This document shows positions 1 to 14,961 of a DNA stretch of 64,000 nucleotides, piece after piece. A program made the position numbers and the translations under genes. This DNA is from Octopus vulgaris (Eukaryota), in assembly GCA_951406725.2 (NCBI GenBank), contig OX597815.1, positions 5,270,001 through 5,334,000 of the forward strand, written 5' to 3'. Under the pieces are notes generated by a model. The model saw only the letters and a program-made list of their open reading frames with translations, made no database searches and had not been told where the DNA came from. Position 1 is the stretch's first letter. Every line of letters begins with the position of its first letter.

Positions 1-23
1 ATGACAACAGGTATTTTTATTAG

Positions 24-90
<67 letters not shown>

Positions 91-92
<2 letters not shown>

Positions 93-600
93 GAGTAAGA
101 GAGCAGCACATGCCATCAAAGTGAAACTGGGGTACAAATGTACGAAGCCCAAAATACCCATCATGACTATCCGTTTGTTAAGGGTACACCAGGCACATGC
201 ATCACAACCATATATGTGCGACATGGTGATCATATATCAAGATAAACAGCATATGACTTTGCAAGTGGGGCCCAGTTAAAATTTTCTTCAGGTCATGTAG
301 CCCATCTCGCTCAAAATGTCCCAGAATAAAGTTTCTTTAAGGATGATGAACGATACACCCATTTTTCCAAAGGTTATTCAAACATCCCAAAACTCCTCTC
401 AACACATGCCTTTGATGCTACCCAACAACTACCCTTGTGCATATCATCAGCCACCAAGAGATATGCCCAACTGGTTAAGGTCAAACAAGTGACAAGAAAA
501 TCTGTGGTATTGAGCAGAATATTTGCTGTAACCCATCTTTTATACCAAGACAAAATAGTTATATGACAACACTTTCAACCAGTTAAGATCAGAAGCCATG
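91..600 (-). mobile_element. Non-coding interspersed element flanked by (TAA)n, one end truncated
   Basis: Both ends are reverse-complement matches to 6121-6290 (e.g. TTTTATACCAAGACAAAA, CAGTTAAGATCAGAAGCCA, GAGAGCAG..ATGCCATCAAAGTG). Embedded in (TTA)n. Orientation inferred from the (AAT)n tail. Confidence 0.6.
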
Positions 601-604
601 ACTA

Positions 605-1075
605 TTATTATCATTATTATTTTTTTTTGTCCTTCTCTCTTCAAATGTTCTTCCGTTTCTCGCCGAGTATTTTCCGTACACCTACGGCAGAGAAGCTCAT
701 TGTATGCATTCCCAGATTACACACGCAAATTCACAGGTAAAATATGTATTTAAAAAAATTAATGAATAAATAAATTCATGAATGGATGTTGTTTTCGCAG
801 CGATAATGCTCTTCTCAGTACATGAGTTGTTCCAGTTAACACGATTTTTTGCTCTTCCTGTAGGGATGGTAAGCCTGGTATCATTTTCAAATAGGTTTCA
901 ATACCTTTCTTTTTATCATTCCTAGAGATCCTGTAATCACTGGTACTGTAGTCGCCTTGAGGTGTCACATTTTTTCAATTTCTATTAGCAAGTCTTTATA
1001 TTTACTGATCTTGTCAAATTCTTTCGCCGTTATATTGTGATCGCAAGGAATACTCATGTCAAAGGAATACTCATG
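605..1075 (-). mobile_element. 5'-truncated RLE-type (R4/Dong-like) non-LTR retrotransposon 3' end
   Basis: Minus-strand translation DMSIPCDHNITAKEFDKISKYKDLLIEIEKM*HLKATTVPVITGSLGMIK..GIETYLKMIPGLPSLQEEQKIVLTGTTHVLRRAL matches the restriction-like endonuclease C-terminus (D..P, K..KY, P.V.G.LG, GT...LRR). (TAA)n on both sides. Confidence 0.85.
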
Positions 1076-1177
1076 TTATTATTATTATTATTATTATTAT
1101 AATTATTATTATTGTTGTTGTTGTTGTTGTTGTTGTTTTTGTTGTTATTATTATTATTATTGTTATTATTATTATTA

Positions 1178-1234
<57 letters not shown>

Positions 1235-1263
1235 TATTATTATTAATATTATTATTATTATTA

Positions 1264-1575
1264 GGAAACATCTCAGCTTATTTTGCTGGGTATGATGGAG
1301 AGTGCCCGCCGTCCACAGGCAGAAAACTAAAGTGACATTTGTTGTCTGACCATGCTTCAAGAAGTCTGCGGAGAACTCTTGCAGTTCCAAGCAAAGACGA
1401 ATTTTGTAGGGGTCCTATTTACATTTGTTCCAGTTTTTTGAAGCCATGTTTGTAGTTGGGTCCTGATACTTCCAAGTATATCAATTACTATTGGTACCAG
1501 GTCCACTTTCTTCATTGCCCATAAACTGCATTGTTCCCATTTCAATTCATCATGGGTTTTGTAGCTGATGGACCC
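1264..1575 (-). mobile_element. RLE-type non-LTR retrotransposon 3' fragment (second subfamily)
   Basis: Translation KTHDELKWE..LWAMKKVDLVPIVIDILGSIRTQLQTWL followed by a short UTR running into the (AAT)n tract at 1076-1263. Confidence 0.7.
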
Positions 1576-1899
1576 TGGACAAAACAAAAATGTAATTTAC
1601 ACTGCTTTGAACAAAACGTAAACCATCGGAGATGACCTAGGGCTATACATCATAACAAGATAGCAGCAGCAGCTGCAGCAGCAACTACGACGACAACAAA
1701 AACACAAGGAACAACAGCAACAACAATATTGTTTTTGCTGTAAAGATTTCATGCATTTGTGTACGAGTTTAGAATGTTAATAATGACAGCATAAAGTCTG
1801 CCATTTTGAATAATAGCTTTGAAAAAAATCTATAAAGTGAACGATGCTAAACCAGAATCTCATAAACGACCTCTAGGTATATACACATTGTGTATACAG

Positions 1900-1912
1900 A
1901 CTTATACGCACA

Positions 1913-1972
<60 letters not shown>

Positions 1973-2172
1973 CACTGAATGTAAGCACACACTCTATATA
2001 CCTGCATATACATTTACATATGATATGCACACACAGATAAACATGAATAAATGGGTATATATATGCATGTACATGTGGATACACACACACACACACATAT
2101 ACAAATATATATACATATAGTAGACATGCGTATATACATACTGTTGTATATATACATTCATACACACATACA

Positions 2173-2211
<39 letters not shown>

Positions 2212-2336
2212 GCATACATATATATATATATCTATATATATATACATACATATATATGCGTACAACACGATACATATACACACATGCACACATATATATC
2301 TATATATATTTGTATATACATGTGGGCATATATACA

Positions 2337-2380
<44 letters not shown>

Positions 2381-2570
2381 AATGTATGCAGTGGTATATA
2401 TACATGCATATATATATACACGCATACACGCAGATATATACACATAGTCGTACACACACACATACATGCATGCATACAATCATACATACATACACACAGT
2501 CGTTCACACACACACAGGTACACACATATACATATATACATACATGCATACACAGACGCACATACATACG
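1900..2570. repeat. Compound (CA)n/(TA)n/(TACA)n microsatellite
   Basis: Direct inspection. Confidence 0.95.
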
Positions 2571-2804
2571 TGATAAACATGCGACTTCCACCAAAAGAGT
2601 TTTCCAAGAAAATTTAAGAAATCAGGAAATATTTTCAAGTGTTTCTTGAATACAACAAGAGACCTCTTCCCATTAAAAGCCACAGCATTCGTGTTTTCAA
2701 TCAGAAACAACACAGCTCATCGTCAGGAGGGTTGTAAAAACAAATTTCTTGAAAATTTTAACTGTCTTTTCATTATTTATATATTCATTTAGTTATTTAT
2801 TTAC

Positions 2805-3612
<808 letters not shown>

Positions 3613-3974
3613 ATAATTTGATGCTTACACTAAAACTTTGTCTTCAGTTGCTTCTCTCGTCCAATAAAAGATAAACGAACTGAATGATTCCCTAGTTTAT
3701 GCTTGGCTTAATTCACGTAAATAAATACCCAAACACACACAGACATGCGCACTGTTTACACGCATATGTACATACATTTCCTTAAGCAGTTAATGCAGTC
3801 GATGCGTGTGTGTGTAGAAGCACGACATATCCCATATAACAGGCGTACACGTACGAAACTAAACACGAACAGAAGCATTTAAGGGCGAATATCACATAGT
3901 TTGAGATTTGTAGTTCCATAAAATATAACGTAATACCTAATAAAACTTATTCATGTTATAAAAGCAATGGCACC

Positions 3975-4030
<56 letters not shown>

Positions 4031-4065
4031 TGATAATAATAATAATGATAATGATAATAATAATG

Positions 4066-4099
<34 letters not shown>

Positions 4100-4209
4100 T
4101 AATAATAATAATAATAATAAGGATAATAATAATAATAATGATGATAATAATAATAATAATAATAATAATGATAATAATAATAATAATAATAATAGTAATA
4201 ATAATAATG

Positions 4210-4270
<61 letters not shown>

Positions 4271-4372
4271 TAATAATAATAACGATGATGATAATAATGA
4301 AAATAATAATAATAATAATAAAAATAATAATAATAATATTAATAATAATAATAATAATAATAATGAAAATAA
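3975..4372. repeat. (AAT)n/(GAT)n trinucleotide array
   Basis: Direct inspection. Confidence 0.95.
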
Positions 4373-4373
4373 T

Positions 4374-4786
4374 ACTCTCTCTTACTCTTTAACTTGTTTC
4401 AGTCATTTGACTGCGGCCATGCTGGAGCACCGCCTTTAGTCGAGCAAATCGACCCCGGGACTTATTCTTTTGTAAGCCCAGTACTTATTCTATCGGTCTC
4501 TTTTTGCCGAACCGCTAAGTGACGGGGACGTAAACACACCAGCATCGGTTGTCAAGCAATGCTAGTGGGACAAACACAGACACACAAACACACATACATA
4601 TATATATATATATACATATATACGACAGGCCTCTTTCAGTTTCCGTTTACCAAATCCACTCACAAGGCTTTGGTCGGCCCGAGGCTATAGTAGAAGACAC
4701 TTGCCCAAGATGTCACGCAGTGGGACTGAACCCGGAACCATGTGGTTGGTTAGCAAGCTACTTACCACACAGCCACTCCTGCGCCT
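4374..4786 (-). mobile_element. tRNA-derived SINE family A, full length
   Basis: Minus strand begins AGGCGCAGGAGTGGCTGTGTGGTAAG (A box)...GGTTCAGTCCC (B box)...CTTGGGCAAGTGTCTT. Internal TA/TG microsatellite and (AAGAGT)n-like tail. More than 10 related copies in the window. Confidence 0.92.
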
Positions 4787-4944
4787 AATACTTATAATAA
4801 TAATGCGCCTAATACTTATAATAATAATACTAATACTTATAATAATAATGATAATGATAATAATAATAATAGTGATAGCAACAACAACAACAGCAGCAGC
4901 AACAGCAACGACAATAATAATAGTAATAATAACAACCCATTCGA

Positions 4945-5068
4945 CTAAGGGCACAAGGCCTGAAATGTAGGGGGAGGGAACTAGTCGACTACGTCGACCC
5001 CCAGTGTCTCACTGGTACTCAGTTTATCGACCTCGAAAGGATCAAAGACAAAGTCGACCTCGATAGAA
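4945..5068 (-). mobile_element. Degenerate fragment of SINE family C
   Basis: GGTACTCAGTTTATCGACCTCGAAAGGATCAAAGACAAAGTCGACCTCG matches the family C body. Confidence 0.7.
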
Positions 5069-5111
5069 TAACAACAACAACAATACTACTACTACTACTA
5101 CTACTACAACA

Positions 5112-5142
<31 letters not shown>

Positions 5143-5159
5143 ATAATAATAATAATAAA

Positions 5160-5990
5160 CCAACAGCTTAAAAGACGAGGAAGCATCATGGTGGTGGTTC
5201 AACAAGGGTGACCTAAAAAAGAATACTGAAAGCCTAATAATCGCTGCCCAGGACCAGGCATTAAATACCAACTCGGTGAAAAAGAATAGATACCATATAA
5301 GTGCAACGAATCTCTGCAGAATGTGTGTGGGAAGAGGGTCGAAAGCTTAACTTATATTGTTTGTGCTTGTGAACGTCTTGCGCAGAAAGCGTACAAGCGT
5401 AGACACGACAAGGTAGTCCAAAAGCTCCTCTGGCTACTATGCCGTAAGTAGGGATATGAGGTTACAGGTGCTTCGTATCAACATACACCGGAAAAAGGTA
5501 CACGATGAAAAGGGGAAGGCAAAAAACCTCTGGGACTGTGATTTCCAGACAGACAAGGTGTTAGAGCACCGAAGGGCGGATATAGTAACCTTTGGGACTG
5601 ACAAACAGGAGGGCTTAATAATCGACGTAGCAGTGCCAGGAGATCAACATATAGTCATGAAAGAAAGAGAAAAAGTTGATAAATATGGAGACCTGAGTAT
5701 TGAGATCGCTAAGATGTGGCAGCTACGAGAGTCAAACATAAAGGTTATCCCTATTGTCTTCGGAGCATTGAGTTCAATACCACCCAATCTGAGAAATTAT
5801 CTGAAAACCTCAGAAATATCCTACAATCTAGATGTATTGCAAAAGTTGGCATTACTTGGAACTGCGCGCATATTGCGTAAAGTACTGTCAGTCTGAGGTC
5901 CTTGTTGTGACTTGACAAACAGTACAAACAACAGGTAGACACAATATCTTCAATTAACCACCTCACGATATTGTATACTGTATGACCTCT
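5160..5990 (+). mobile_element. 5'-truncated R4/Dong-like non-LTR retrotransposon (zinc knuckle + RLE), pseudogenised
   Basis: TESLIIAAQDQAL..CRMC..IVCAC..LAQKAYKRRHDKV then ORF 5456-5896 LWDCDFQTDKVLEHRRADIV..IIDVAVPGD..KEREKVDKYGDL..IPIVFGALS..ALLGTARILRKVL. Frameshifts and stops present. Both ends lie in (TAA)n. Confidence 0.92.
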
Positions 5991-5991
5991 A

Positions 5992-6397
<406 letters not shown>

Positions 6398-6569
6398 AAG
6401 GAAGAAGAAGAATCTATAGACCTGTGGAATATGGTCTAATTCATGAATCTGCTTCTCTTTCTCCTGCTATCTCCTGCAACCCACACATATTTATGATTAT
6501 CTCAAGTTGAAACCAAAAGTCAAAGCTAAACGACATTTAACAACGCCACACAGGAGTAGGAGCAAAGAC

Positions 6570-7325
6570 AACATCTCAAGACGGTTACAATACAAATAAT
6601 GGTAGGAACACTTGAAATGATCAGAAAAGGAACTGAAAATTATTTCAGATTGGTCCCTGGATTACCATTCATGTAGGAAGCGCAAAAGATTCTATTAACC
6701 TCACACGTATTGAGAAGGGAACAGTTTCACGGGGAATTTTCTTTACTTTTTGGTCCTTCATTTTATCGATTTACTTTTCCCACTTTTTTCTGTCACTCTT
6801 TACTCTCCTTTTACTCTTTTACTTGTTTCAGTCATTTGACTGCGGCCATGCTGGAGCAACACCTTTAGTCGAAGAAAATCGACCCCAGGACTTATTCTTT
6901 GTAAGCCTAGTACTTAACTTATTCTACTTATTCTATCGGTCTCTTTTGCCAAACCGCAAAGTTACGGGGACGTAAACACGCTACGATCGGTTATCAAACG
7001 ATGTTGGGGTGGGGCGGGGTGGGGCAAAGACAGACACAAAAACACACACACATATACATATAATATATACAACGGACTTCTTTCAGTTTCTGTCCACCAA
7101 ATCCACTCACAAGGCTTTGGTCGGTCCGAGGCTAGAGCAGAAGACATTGCCCAAAGTGCCACGCAGTGGGACTGAACCCGGAACTTACCACACAGCCACT
7201 TACATGACTTTGTAAATGAACAATCTGGTGTGATTATTGTAATGGTTTACAAATGTATACAGTGAGTGTCTCTGCCCTAGGTGTCAGGAAGGCATTCGGC
7301 AAGAAAAGGAAACAGAATTGAAAGA
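6570..7325 (+). mobile_element. RLE-type retrotransposon 3' end (same family as 605-1075), split by a SINE
   Basis: QIMVGTLEMIRKGTENYFRLVPGLPFM*EAQKILL.SHVLRR. The 3' UTR at 7245-7325 (TCTCTGCCCTAGGTGT..TCGGCAAGAAA) matches the reverse complement of 630-720. Confidence 0.75.
6797..7200 (-). mobile_element. SINE family A, small deletion in head
   Basis: Body and tail match 4374-4786. Confidence 0.88.
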
Positions 7326-8017
7326 AGATGATAATGAAAGTCATAATAACAACAACAACAGCAACAACAACAACAACAACAATGATAATAATAATTAACG
7401 GAACCCATAACAAAACCAAGCAAAAGAACGGCGGATTGATAGATACTATAAATACTTTAAATATTATAAAATAGTTGATTTAGGATTTACGCACGCACAG
7501 AGAAACACACACACACACACACACACACTAACTACTCTGCAACACTCTTCCAAAATCATTCAAGAATAAACTCATACCGTAAATACCCAACAAAACCCAC
7601 AACGTGTGCCAAAGAAGGCCAATACTCGGCAGAAGAACATAACCTGCGCTAAACAAACAACAGACAACGTAAAAACTAAAACAACCGAAGACTCAAACAA
7701 AACTCCACAACAAAAAAGAAAATTCAGCCCGCCCCACCACCCGCACCGGTGCAAAGGTGCAACAAATGATGCAATAGAAAGTTGCTCGAAACTTTCACAT
7801 GTTAACAACAAACAATATGAGAACAAATATCCGCCAAATGTAAATAATGTAAATAAGGTTCCTCATCTCTTAAATACGTATAGAACTGTATTAAGGAAAA
7901 TAGTTGTTAGTATGAAGCGAGGAACCTGGGGCAGTTAACCACTTCATTTACTTCATCGCTAAATCTGAACGTATTCAAATGTGCAATCAACAGCTGTATC
8001 TAATTGAACCATATCTT

Positions 8018-8237
8018 TTTACGTTTTACTTGTTTCAGTCATTTGACTGCGACCATGCTGGGGCACCGCCTTGAAGGGTTTCAGTCGAAAAAATCGACTT
8101 GTTATTTTTTGAAGCCTCTTTTGCTAAACTGCTAAGTAACAGGGACGTAAACACACCCTCACTGGTTGCCAAGCGGTGGTGGGGTACAAACGCAGACACA
8201 GAGACACAGACATACACACACATACATGCACACGCAT

Positions 8238-8281
<44 letters not shown>

Positions 8282-8453
8282 AGAAATACACACACACACA
8301 TATATAATTATACAAAAGGCTTCCTTCAGTTTCCGTCTACCAAATCTACTCACAAGGCTTGGCCGGTCCGAGGCTATAGTAGGCCACGCAGTGGGACTGA
8401 ACCCTGAACCTGTGGTTGAGAAGCAAGCTTCTTACCACACAGCCACGCCTGTG
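8018..8453 (-). mobile_element. SINE family A, diverged
   Basis: Tail TTTTACTTGTTTCAGTCATTTGACTGCG, internal microsatellite, tRNA-like head. Confidence 0.85.
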
Positions 8454-8460
8454 CCCCACC

Positions 8461-8498
<38 letters not shown>

Positions 8499-8504
8499 CG
8501 CGCA

Positions 8505-8540
<36 letters not shown>

Positions 8541-8556
8541 GAACAAAGAGAGAGAT

Positions 8557-8631
8557 TTTTGTCCACTGAATCCACTCACAAGTCTTTGGTTGGCCAGAGG
8601 TTATAGTAAAAGACACGTGTATATATATATA

Positions 8632-8691
<60 letters not shown>

Positions 8692-8845
8692 TGCGTTTGT
8701 ACCCCACCACCGCTTGGCAACCAGTGATGGTGTGTTTACGTCCCGTTTACTTAGCAGTTTAGCCAAAGTGCCATGCAGCGGGACTGAACCCGGAACCATG
8801 TGGTTGGGAACCAAGCGTTTTACCACGCAGCCACTCCTGCGCCTA
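8557..8845 (-). mobile_element. Rearranged SINE family A head containing an inverted body segment
   Basis: Head segments 8557-8616 and 8764-8845 flank 8685-8763, which is the reverse complement of 8122-8200. Confidence 0.75.
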
Positions 8846-9599
8846 TATTACTTTGTAGTGTATCGTTATCAGAGCTGTTTGGTTGTTCCCTGATGACTGT
8901 TGCAACGTGTGCAGGCCTTGTGTTGTTATATAATAAAATCGATGTTGGCCAACTGTTTTTACATCTAACGTTTATATTTGAGAAGCGAATACATAAATTA
9001 TGTCAGATTTTAAAATATCATTTTTCTGTCATTCCGGCGCATGGAAGTGATTCATTTCCGCTCGTTAGACATCGATGATGAATGATAAAAGGACCACTGT
9101 GAAATATCCTCAACATTTTAGACAAGTAATTAAGACAGATACAAAAAGATGTGGCCATCTCTTGGAAAGTTTTGTCCTGCATTTTTTCAAACCATTATTG
9201 TTGTTTAAAAAGATGTGTTTTATATTGTGTTGCACTACAGATATTGTTGGCGATGTTTATTGGTCCCAGGGCAATTAAAATTGAGTAGATCTATGATCAG
9301 ACATCCCACCCGTTATCATCTAGTCTCTTTAAAAGAAAAAAAAAAGATGTTTGTAGCAGTAAATTATTATCTAATTCGCTCGTTCTGTTTTTTTAAAGCG
9401 GTTGGCTGTGATTTCAGAAGGAATCGGTTGGTATTTCTACCTCGTCACCTGACCAGTTGAGGTTCCTACTTTAGCTTTGCTTGGCACCCTTTTTAGTAAC
9501 TATCTGATTGTTTCGTAGAAGTGGTAGAATTCCAGGAAATCTTAGTGGAATTCATTAGAACTTTCACTCATATGCTAGAAACTTCTCTACAAGTAGAAG

Positions 9600-9794
9600 A
9601 ACTGGCGACTAAAAAAAGGTTGAAGTAGGATTTGCACTCTGACCTCACAAAACCCCTCACCAGCCACGACTACCCAAGCAAATCCGTGGGCTGCAGCTTT
9701 GTCACCTGAGAGGGGCAGAGTTGTCAACCGCCAAGAGCAGAAGGGAGTCACCAACAAATGGTCAATGCAGCAACACGATATTAAGGCACATGCC
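9600..9794 (+). mobile_element. Old SINE-like family D, 3' part
   Basis: GGCGACTAAAA..GGTTGAAGTAGGATTTGCACTCTGAC also present at 11340-11400 (-), 35860-35900 and 57205-57245. Confidence 0.65.
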
Positions 9795-10500
9795 CACCAC
9801 CACCACCACCACCACCACCACCACCACCACCACCACCACCACCACCACCACCATCACCACCACCACCACTACCGTCACCACCACCACACCACAATCATCG
9901 TCACCACCACCACCACCGTCACCACCACCACCACCACCACCACCACCGTCACTGTCACCACCACCACCACCACCACCACCACCACCACCACCACCACCAC
10001 CACCACCACCACCACCACCACTACCACCACCACCACCACCACAATCATCGTCACCACCACCACCACCGTCACCACCACCACCACCACCACCACCACCACC
10101 ACCACCACCACCGTCACTGTCACCACCACCACCACCACCACCACCACCACCACCACCATCACCACCACCACCACTACCGTCACCACCACCACACCACAAT
10201 CATCGTCACCACCACCACCACCGTCACCACCACCACCACCACCACCACCACCGTCATTGTCACCACCACGACCACCACGACCACGACCACCACCATCACC
10301 ACCACCACCACCACCACTACCGTCACCACCACCACACCACAATCATCGTCACCACCACCACCACCGTCACCACCACCACCACCACCACCACCACCACCCA
10401 CCACCTCCACCACCACCACCACCACCACCACCACCACCATCACCACCATCACCACCTCCACCACCACCACCACCACCACCACCACCACCACCACCACCAC
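9795..10500. repeat. (CAC)n array with a higher-order period of about 150 bp
   Basis: The variant block ACAATCATCGTCACC recurs near 9891, 10041, 10196 and 10339. Confidence 0.9.
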
Positions 10501-10929
10501 CGTCTACAAATAGAACTTCTACAAATAGAACTTCTCTACAAATTCAATGTCATAGAATCATAGAAGAAGAGACTCGTAGGACTCAATACCTCTCCTATGT
10601 GTGCATGTATGTATTTATGTGTGTACGTACGTAACTACATACGTACGTAAGTCTCTTCCATCTTTAATCCTCTATATACCTCTGACGAAGGAGCTGGTTT
10701 CTAACAAAGGTGTAAAGCTCCACCTGGCCGCAACTCAAGGACTGAAGCAAATAAAAGAATAAACGAATCTACTCCCTTCTGTTCCCTAAAGAAACTTTAA
10801 AATACTTAAAGTGAACAAAATACCAATTTAATCAATATGATTTGAAGATCGATACCGATAAAAAGTAATTCAATAAAGTTGTCACATTGGGGACGCAACT
10901 GAAAGAACAGCGGCAGAAGCAGCAATAGC

Positions 10930-11182
<253 letters not shown>

Positions 11183-11189
11183 TGTTGTG

Positions 11190-11580
11190 GAGGCATATAG
11201 TGCGACAGTGTGTCATTGCACGCACCATTTGCTGGTGATTCCCTACTTCCGGTGGATGACACCATTTTGCAGCCTTTCAGATGACACCCCCCCACACCAC
11301 CACCACCCAACTCATGGATCTGTTTTGGGGCAGTTTTTGCTGGTGAGGGTTTTTTACGAGATCAGAGTGCAAATCCTACCTCAACCTCTTTTAGTCGCCT
11401 CTTATGACGCACAAAAGTAATGTCGGGTCTATTCTTTGACATACTGACCCCTACGCAACATCAGAGCACTGTGGTGAGGTGAAGTGTTTTGCTCAAGAAC
11501 ACAACCACGCTGCGCAGTCCTGGAATCGAACTTACAATCTGGCAATCATGAATGCAGCATCCAAACCATTAGGCCACGTG
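11190..11580 (-). mobile_element. Old tRNA-derived SINE family D, near full length
   Basis: Minus strand GTGGCCTAATGGTT (A box)...AGTTCGATTCC (B box)...TGTGTTCTTGAGCAAAACACTT, then the family D body. Confidence 0.7.
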
Positions 11581-11934
11581 CATTCAGAATTAAAGTAACA
11601 CTAAATTAAATCGCCATGTGTGTCTCATACTTAACATATATAAACCATTGAAAGGCATGATGTTATAACTTTTGTCTGAGATAAAATCTCTCCCCGAACT
11701 TGCGTTAAAAACAAAATAAATGTCGGACCCACGAGAACGAAATACGCTTTTCTACCAACTTGGGACCTTTCAATGACTTGTACCCGTTTTTCACATGCTT
11801 AAACGCTGTTAAGAACCAGTGAGTAATAAGTTCACTGATATTGTGGAAAGCTTGCTGGGCTGTAATAAAAACGGTGCAGGCAATTGAAACAGCATTAAAT
11901 TAAAATACCACCCCTGTACCACGCGGCTTACGTT

Positions 11935-12280
11935 CAATCTTGGGCATCTCTGATTAGGAGAGAGTGTGAGACACAAAGAAGTAATAAGAAAAGCAGGCAT
12001 GGGAAGTTTGCAGGTCATGGTGACTGAGCGGTGGATACGGTTTACTGGCCATGTGCTTTGATTATTGCAGGGGAGACATGCTACTATCGTGATGGAGTGG
12101 ATGGCGAAAGCAGGAATGAGACCGAAGGGAAAACCAAGGAAGCCGTGGCGCATTACGTTCCGGAACGACATGACAGCATTGCGAGTTGGTCCAAATGGAG
12201 CCAAGAGGAAGGCAAGTAAGCGGGGTGTTCGAGGAAGGATCGTTATCCGTTGTGCTGGAGGAGCTAAGATCTAAGAGAGC
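11935..12280 (+). mobile_element. RTE-type LINE 3' fragment
   Basis: LGIS..ERVRHKEVIRKAG..RWIRFTGHVL..MEWMAKAGMRPKGKPRKPW fits the RTE C-terminal pattern RW.GHV.R...W...G.R..G.PRK.W. In-frame stops. Confidence 0.75.
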
Positions 12281-12929
12281 ACCACATTTATTGTATATAC
12301 ACCATTGAAAGAAATGATGCTGTGAAATTATCTGAGAGGAAGCTTTTTTTATGGACTGCAATATGAGCCAATGTTTTATTCAGCTTTCTACGTCTCGAAG
12401 CACGAATTTCATCTTTGGCGGTAAATGAGTCCAAAACAATCACAAGCTACAAAAATTGTGAATCACGTCTGATGTTCTCGAGAGTCAAATCCAAGACGAT
12501 GTTCCTCTTTGATATTTATTGCGTTTTTTAATACCAAATGTTTTAGAAGAGATTTTATGCCAAACAACCACCAAGGGACCATTATCTTTCTGAGTTTATC
12601 CATTTAGTATGATACACAGATGGCAATTTTATACTAATATGGCTTCATTTGCGTTCACCAAGACTTTTTACAGCTTAGCAAACTTTCTGTGGATGATTTG
12701 TTCACTGTTTTCTGTATATATAAACGCACAAATTTTGTCTAAGCTGACACTGACACTGCATTTGACAGCCCCTAGTCGTAGTAGGGCGAAATGCGACTGG
12801 CGTTCCTAAGTTACTGCTAGGGCGATGTTCGCTCCACTCTGATGTACATTACGTTTCTAACATCAGTCTATGAAGAGATTTTCTCTCAGACAAAAACACA
12901 CAGCACTATGCCTTTAAACGGTGTATATA

Positions 12930-13485
12930 TTGGGTTGTCCCGAAAGTTCGTGCCGAGTTTTAAAGAAAAGAAAAAGGTCAATAAATACTTGCAATTACAT
13001 TTTTAATCAACCAGATATGAACGATTTTGTTGCACAATGCGTCTCCATCTTTCCTTTAACTTGAAAATACCCTCTTCCAAGAATTGAGGTGGTTTCACGG
13101 CAAAGAATTCATCTAAGAATTCATCGAAGTAATTGAATTTTTTCTATTAAGACTATTCTGCAGAGACCTGAATAAGTGGAAATCCGAAGGTGAAATATCT
13201 GGTAAATATGGAGGGCGGGGTAACACATCCCAGCCGAGCTGCAGCAACTTTTCTCTGGTTCCCAAATCATTAAGTGCCGAAAATGAACTTTCTTATCTTC
13301 CATTTTAAAGGGTTACAGAATTAACACAGGTTATAGGAACACAAACTTTCTTTCACGAAAAGATAGCTTAAACTATGCTCTAAATGGAGGTGTAGTCAAA
13401 TCCTATTTTATGGACTCAACCATGTTCTAAAATAAGTCTAAAGGTAAGCTACTATAAATCGGCACGAACTTTCCGGACAACCCAA
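12930..13485 (-). mobile_element. Internally deleted mariner (556 bp) with intact TIRs and TA duplication
   Basis: TA|TTGGGTTGTCCCGAAAGTTCGTGCCGA ... TCGGCACGAACTTTCCGGACAACCCAA|TA. Minus strand keeps the N-terminus MEDKKVHFRHLM and the C-terminus (PSDFHLFRSLQNSL..GIFKLKERWRRIVQQN). Confidence 0.92.
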
Positions 13486-14231
13486 TAGATTTAGTACGAC
13501 AACAGTAACATAAACGACAATAAGGTTGTTAGATTTATTTAACCGTAAAAATTGATGTTTCGCGGAGACAGGTAATATTCCAAACTCACGTCGTCCATAG
13601 CAGGAGCCAAATATTTTTGGTCGATTATAGATCATTGGATGCGTATGTTTCTTCCATTTGCGTTCTTACGGTGAATTATAGACTTTTTTTTTAGCATCAA
13701 AGTAAAAATTTACTTGATTATGAATGTACAGTTGGCACTATGATATTTTTATGATTCTATAGAGATCTCCGTACTCACCTTCCGCTTCCTTTAATGTCGG
13801 TTTTTGGATTATTCGCAACTAATAGCGAATTCACAAGGCTACTTTTGATAATAGCTTCCGTGGGAACACGGCCATAAACAGGAACAAACACCAAACGATT
13901 GTTAATTCTTGTTGGATTATGGCTTTAGTTAAAAGAATATATTTGAAACATTTCAAAATGAAAGGATGTCGGCATTATCCACTTAACGTTTTACGTGTTT
14001 CGTACATCAAATAAACGTTAGAGAGAAGCGTTGTATAAATTTACTTTCAAATACATCATCTAGACATTCTTATCACACGATGTTTGTATACACAGGTAAA
14101 AACGTTCTGTCTCATAAATACAAACTTGTTACCAGTTCAAATAAGCTTGAAACACATTCGAACTCGTAAGAAGGCCATTTACTGTATTTTGTCTACTCGC
14201 TGTAGACAAATAGGTGTAAATACAACGCTTG

Positions 14232-14495
14232 TGGAGGCACATGGCCTAGTGGTTATAGCAGCGGACTCGCGGTCGTGGGATCGCGGGTTCGAATCTCAGG
14301 CCGGGCGATGTGTGTGTTTATGAGCGAAACACCTAAGCTTCTGCTGACCCTCGCCCCAACTTTCTTTCACTCTTTCCTCCAGCATCTTGCAGCTCACCTG
14401 CGACGGACCGGCGTCCCGTCCAGGTGGGGAACCTATACACCAAGGAAACCGGGAAACTGGCCCTTATGAGCCAGGCGTGGCTCGAGAAGGAACAA
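14232..14495 (+). mobile_element. tRNA-derived SINE family B, tail type 1
   Basis: Head GGAGGCACATGGCCTAGTGGTTA..GGGTTCGAATC. Tail CCTGCGACGGACCGGCGTCCCGTCCAGG..GGAAACCGGGAAACTGGCCCTTATGAGCC. Confidence 0.85.
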
Positions 14496-14961
14496 ATACA
14501 ATGCTTGAGCTCAGGGCGGCACCTAACCAGACTGTGGGTTTCAGGCAATTCAAAGTGGTTATCTCTGTCTTATGAAGAATATCTGCTTGCACGGAAAATG
14601 ATGGATTAACAGGATTAGTTTTTTCCAACCGGGTCTTGGGATATGATCAATAACTGTGTAGACCTAACTGACCACTTACGGAGGTACTACATAGAGCCCT
14701 ACTATGGCTAAAAGGTTTCAAGAAATTGGCCATCCGGGTTTGTATATTTAACAAGCTTCTGGTAGGTAGCTCCATTGTTAAATTACTAGGCTTTTAGCAA
14801 CGTTTAGTTTTATTGTTAGGCCACAAAACTAAAACATGTGATTAGAGCCCCAGAATTGTTTGGTGACTCAAGGCACGTTATAAAAACCTGCTCAACCACG
14901 TGTCTTAACTGCAAGGTACTATTAGTAGCTCTTATTTTAATACAGTGTACACTAAATGATA

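Noticed and set aside
9699-10634. 311-aa and 280-aa His/Thr/Pro-rich ORFs (extensin- or mucin-like)
   Set aside because: Read-through of a (CAC)n array open in several frames, starting inside a SINE. No splice or codon evidence.
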